Made by a program: the position numbers and the translations under genes. Below are positions 63,404 through 64,000 of a stretch of DNA of 64,000 nt, piece after piece. The notes beneath the pieces are model-generated. The model did no database searches and was not told where the DNA came from. It worked only from the letters and a program-made list of their open reading frames with translations. The DNA is from Octopus vulgaris (lineage: Eukaryota), in contig OX597823.1 in the NCBI GenBank assembly GCA_951406725.2, positions 80,848,001-80,912,000 on the forward strand. The letters are read 5' to 3'. The first letter of the stretch is position 1; each line of letters begins with the position of its first letter.

Positions 63404-63766
63404 GTCTTTTCTTTTTTTTTTCAGCTGTTTGTTGGGCATCAGGAGATCCTCACTACAAAACATTTGATGGCAAACATTTTTCTTTCATGGGAGACTGTTC
63501 TTACACATTGGCTCAAGCTAAGGATAAAAGCTTTTCTATTACCGTCCGAAATGTAAAATGTGGTTCATATGGAGTCACTTGTACAAAGGAAGTTTATATT
63601 GCAATCCTTGGAAATTTTATTCATTTAGTTATGGGTAAAACTCCTACAATTAATGATGTTCAGATACCAGCATCGGGTTATAAAGGAACTGGACTTGAAA
63701 TCAGATATGCTGGTCTATTCTTAGTTGTATTCTCAAATCATGGACTAACTGTTTTATGGGACTTTG
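20919..63766 (+). CDS. Multi-exon gene (21 exons in window, 3'-incomplete) encoding a secreted SCO-spondin/hemocytin/vWF-like VWD-C8-TIL protein
   Basis: Hand-assembled GT-AG exons total 3415 nt, phases match at all 20 introns and there are no stops. Domain order SP-EMI-EGF-TB-like-VWD-C8-TIL-E-VWD-C8-TIL-E-TIL-E-VWD. TFDG motif in all three VWDs, GLCGN in VWD1 and VWD2. Orthology not established. Confidence 0.93.
22036..22860 (+). mobile_element. Penelope-like element 3' remnant: GIY-YIG C-terminus plus pLTR
   Basis: Frame 22036-22305 reads KRISNHHSTFRDSKK*HSTGLSKLVWRLKDNNINF...FCNIYNSELFHIL...KCKHWQKH, followed by a hammerhead motif. Confidence 0.8.
22583..22664 (+). ncRNA. Type I hammerhead ribozyme with extended stem II
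   Basis: ctttc-CTGATGA-gaaga...tcttc-GAAA-CATATG-TC-gagag; complete core, GUC cleavage triplet. Confidence 0.8.
24310..24522. mobile_element. mariner-derived MITE
   Basis: TIRs gagagggtgctgaaaagttc / gaacttttcagcacccactc with TA on both sides. Confidence 0.75.
25518..25620 (+). repeat. Compound (TCTG)n(TCCG)n microsatellite
   Basis: Direct reading of the sequence. Confidence 0.95.
27110..28232 (-). mobile_element. RLE-type (R4/Dong-like) non-LTR retrotransposon 3' fragment
   Basis: SKCRTY...VWHIISKCSKLTQRDYKRQNDNV zinc-knuckle remnant; bounded by (TTA)n. Confidence 0.7.
28600..29000 (-). mobile_element. RLE-type retrotransposon endonuclease fragment
   Basis: Minus-strand AN*PDIVIKEREENTCRLIDVSVPTD...KLCKYKDLEIEIQKMW; (TTA)n boundary. 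Confidence 0.75.
29032..29702 (-). mobile_element. RLE-type retrotransposon 3' end
   Basis: TCLLVDMTVPIDIHVSVKTYQKLSKYKDLEIEISKLWNLKTKTIPVGIGALG; long (TTA)n on both sides. Confidence 0.8.
30287..30682 (+). mobile_element. Non-autonomous Helitron
   Basis: A|TC 5' end, CTAG|T 3' end with degenerate GC-rich subterminal hairpin, no TSD, inserted in (TA)n. A related 5' end at about 4334 and a 3' end (gggtcagctag|t) at about 53089. Confidence 0.75.
31046..31258 (+). repeat. Tandem array of SINE tail plus (TA)n, 4 units
   Basis: atgactgaaataagtaaaa(g)ataat(at)n repeated four times. Confidence 0.85.
31450..31785 (+). repeat. Purine-rich (GA)n low-complexity tract
   Basis: Direct reading; a similar tract lies at 36395-36508. 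Confidence 0.9.
32082..32270 (+). CDS. Exon 2, EMI-like N-half (SHFCPTTKTVIETKSQPCKD...NKTCAFK)
   Basis: tttatttcag acceptor, GTAAGT donor, open 189 nt, phase 2 to 2. Confidence 0.85.
33711..33772 (+). CDS. Exon 3, EMI-like C-half (TAQSIQQGCCYGYMGASCDQ)
   Basis: ttccttag acceptor, G|GTCAGT donor, CCxGYxGxxC motif. Confidence 0.88.
34523..34565 (-). ncRNA. Minimal type I hammerhead ribozyme
   Basis: Reverse complement reads ccac-CTGACGA-atgtc-attgaa-gacat-GAAA-CGATTG-TA-gtgg. Confidence 0.8.
35178..35282 (+). CDS. Exon 4, EGF domain ([32 protein letters not shown])
   Basis: Six-Cys EGF pattern, phase 1-1, tttgtag and GTAAGG sites. Confidence 0.93.
37526..37687 (+). CDS. Exon 5, TB/hybrid-like Cys domain (YYCYKNTDCDG...DDCCKKHKGGSWGLPNHQCSQC)
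   Basis: ctcag and GTGAGT sites, phase 1-1, CC...GxSWG...CxxC pattern. Confidence 0.88.
38500..39395 (-). mobile_element. Decayed mariner (DD34D) transposon
   Basis: FFHQDNAQPH, YSLDITPSDYHLF, N-terminal KEHIWHILLYEFNKG; TIR end gggatgacccaata. Confidence 0.85.
39976..40038 (+). ncRNA. Type I hammerhead-like motif
   Basis: agataa-CTGAAGA-gatg...catc-c-GAAA-CTCGGAG-TT-ttatct; one extra C at the base of stem II. Confidence 0.6.
40620..40807 (+). CDS. Exon 6, VWD1 start (STCHIYGANRIRTFDGACYEFLADCQYTL)
   Basis: ttttag and GTAAGT sites, TFDG motif. Confidence 0.93.
42749..42851 (+). CDS. Exon 7, VWD1 (TLILKFGNLEIKAKGFDVNIQNETVDFNKGMISQ)
   Basis: cattcag and GTAAAT sites, phase 0 to 1. Confidence 0.85.
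43073..43368 (-). mobile_element. Young tRNA-derived SINE
   Basis: 18-bp TSD TCCACACTTTGCTTGCTT (43055-43072, 43369-43386); A and B boxes on the minus strand. Confidence 0.85.
43624..43788 (+). CDS. Exon 8, VWD1 (...TSGLCGNFDGNPT)
   Basis: ttgtag and GTAAGT sites, GLCGNFDG motif. Confidence 0.93.
45299..45384 (+). CDS. Exon 9, VWD1 end (NDFYKRDGEASSSEIAFMTSFISFETDRK)
   Basis: ttgcag and AAG|GTAATA sites, ND-F-xxx-DG pattern, phase 1 to 0. Confidence 0.85.
47426..47521 (+). CDS. Exon 10, C8-1 N-half (CVTEAFGPCKNVAENSRCSELSEKPFANCHEK)
   Basis: ttcttcag and AAG|GTTAAT sites, FxxCH motif. Confidence 0.9.
48373..48520 (+). CDS. Exon 11, C8-1 C-half (VSPEKWIRFCETQAC...YAMECASAGINIDWRKDSC)
   Basis: YAxxCxxxG..WR motif, GTAAGT donor. 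Confidence 0.93.
50681..50924 (+). CDS. Exon 12, TIL1 and E1 start
   Basis: CPKGFVF...CPVTC...CHCPKG...ECPC; ctttcag and TG|GTACAG sites. Confidence 0.93.
51929..52070 (+). CDS. Exon 13, E1 end and VWD2 start (CECKHGLWECGKKACPAICRILGRSNIKTFDG)
   Basis: TFDG motif, GTAAGT donor, followed by an 88-nt intron. Confidence 0.93.
52159..52467 (+). CDS. Exon 14, VWD2 middle
   Basis: ttttatag and AAG|GTATTT sites, open 309 nt ending MYIQLDDTFKDK. Confidence 0.9.
54792..54959 (+). CDS. Exon 15, VWD2 end (IQGLCGNFNHDINDEF...)
   Basis: GLCGNFN motif, GTAAGT donor. Confidence 0.93.
56151..56382 (+). CDS. Exon 16, C8-2
   Basis: tttctttcag and GTAAGT sites; CYDVVPYEHFFHLCQKEMC...YLRECALHG. Confidence 0.92.
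58027..58276 (+). CDS. Exon 17, TIL2 and E2 start
   Basis: Full 10-Cys TIL (CPHEK...CSSCKATC...CEEDCIPGCVC...CVPLESC); ttccag and GTAAGT sites. Confidence 0.93.
58400..59330 (+). mobile_element. Penelope-like element remnant (Cys linker, GIY-YIG, pLTR)
   Basis: TCDCRNSTNCPLTGSCLLKAVVYKV (58460), TTLSCFIWR, IIDRALPYSSGTFNCRFCPYE, NRKSEL; lone CTGATGA-gtc at 59257. Confidence 0.75.
60063..60255 (+). CDS. Exon 18, E2 end and TIL'
   Basis: CKCVNGTFKC...CPKNQIY...CVKTC...GCAC; GTGAGT donor. Confidence 0.92.
61472..61563 (+). CDS. Exon 19, TIL' end and E' (GSCVKPSLCPCRYDQYWKPSGSSIKIGCKK)
   Basis: ttgtag and GTATGT sites, CVxxxxCPC motif. Confidence 0.92.
62547..62596 (+). CDS. Exon 20, E' end (LFCSGGIWQSKKIKDCP)
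   Basis: tttttacag and CAG|GTATAT sites; phase 2 to 1 bridges exons 19 and 21. Confidence 0.85.
63202..63402 (+). mobile_element. RTE-LINE 3'-tail element with (GAT)n tail
   Basis: aaaagcacccactacact...ggcgttaggaagggcatccagctgtag...cggacgttaaacgatgat. Other copies near 60, 500, 6830, 19030, 25260, 35618, 59630. Confidence 0.8.
63425..63766 (+). CDS. Exon 21, VWD3 (AVCWASGDPHYKTFDG...LTVLWDF)
   Basis: Canonical VWD with GDPHY-TFDG; tttcag and G|GTATGT sites. Confidence 0.95.
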
Positions 63767-64000
63767 GTATGTTTTATATTTGTTTCTTATTATATAATAC
63801 TAATTTATATATGGTTTATAATTTGTTCGTACCAAAATACAGAAAGTAAACTAGATATAAAATATAGAAAATTTCATATTAAAATAGGCTCAAGCATGGC
63901 TGTATGAGTAAGAAGCTTACTTTGCAACCAAGTAATTTCAGGTTCAGTCCCACTGCATAGTACCTAGGGTAAGTTTCTTCCAGTTTCTGTCTACTTTACT

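Noticed and set aside
63244-63424. N-terminal part of the 201-aa ORF as a separate gene start
   Set aside because: Retroelement and intron sequence that happens to be in frame; real coding starts at the acceptor at 63425
646-63556. Many short ORFs rich in YI, HT, VC, SL, I, D/M or TDRQ runs
   Set aside because: Translations of (TA)n, (CA)n, (GA)n, (TTA)n, (GAT)n and (TCTG)n microsatellites
20919-63766. Assigning the symbol SSPO, VWF or Hml
   Set aside because: The diagnostic C-terminal domains lie outside the window and orthology cannot be tested here

Overview
AT-rich, repeat-dense eukaryotic genomic DNA. The SINE, LINE-tail and microsatellite repertoire suggests a coleoid cephalopod, probably Octopus (inference, no database check). 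The main feature is the 5' part of one large + strand gene that the ORF track mostly misses. I assembled 21 GT-AG exons by hand from 20919 to 63766 (3415 nt, about 1138 codons, all intron phases consistent, no stops), preceded by a TATA box and Inr. The product is a secreted SCO-spondin/hemocytin/von Willebrand factor-like protein: signal peptide, EMI-like, EGF, TB-like, then VWD1-C8-TIL-E, VWD2-C8-TIL-E, TIL'-E' and VWD3, running off the right edge. The rest of the window is transposon debris: a pogo/Tigger element interrupted by three GG-ended (Merlin-like) MITEs, mariner/maT elements, hAT and piggyBac-like MITEs, Helitrons, RTE LINEs, (TAA)n-associated RLE LINEs, several tRNA-derived SINE families and Penelope-like (PLE) remnants. 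The main hidden layer is a set of minimal type I hammerhead ribozyme motifs (intact-looking at 22583-22664, 34523-34565 and 39976-40038, plus decayed copies) and many long near-perfect fold-back hairpins in the introns of the gene.
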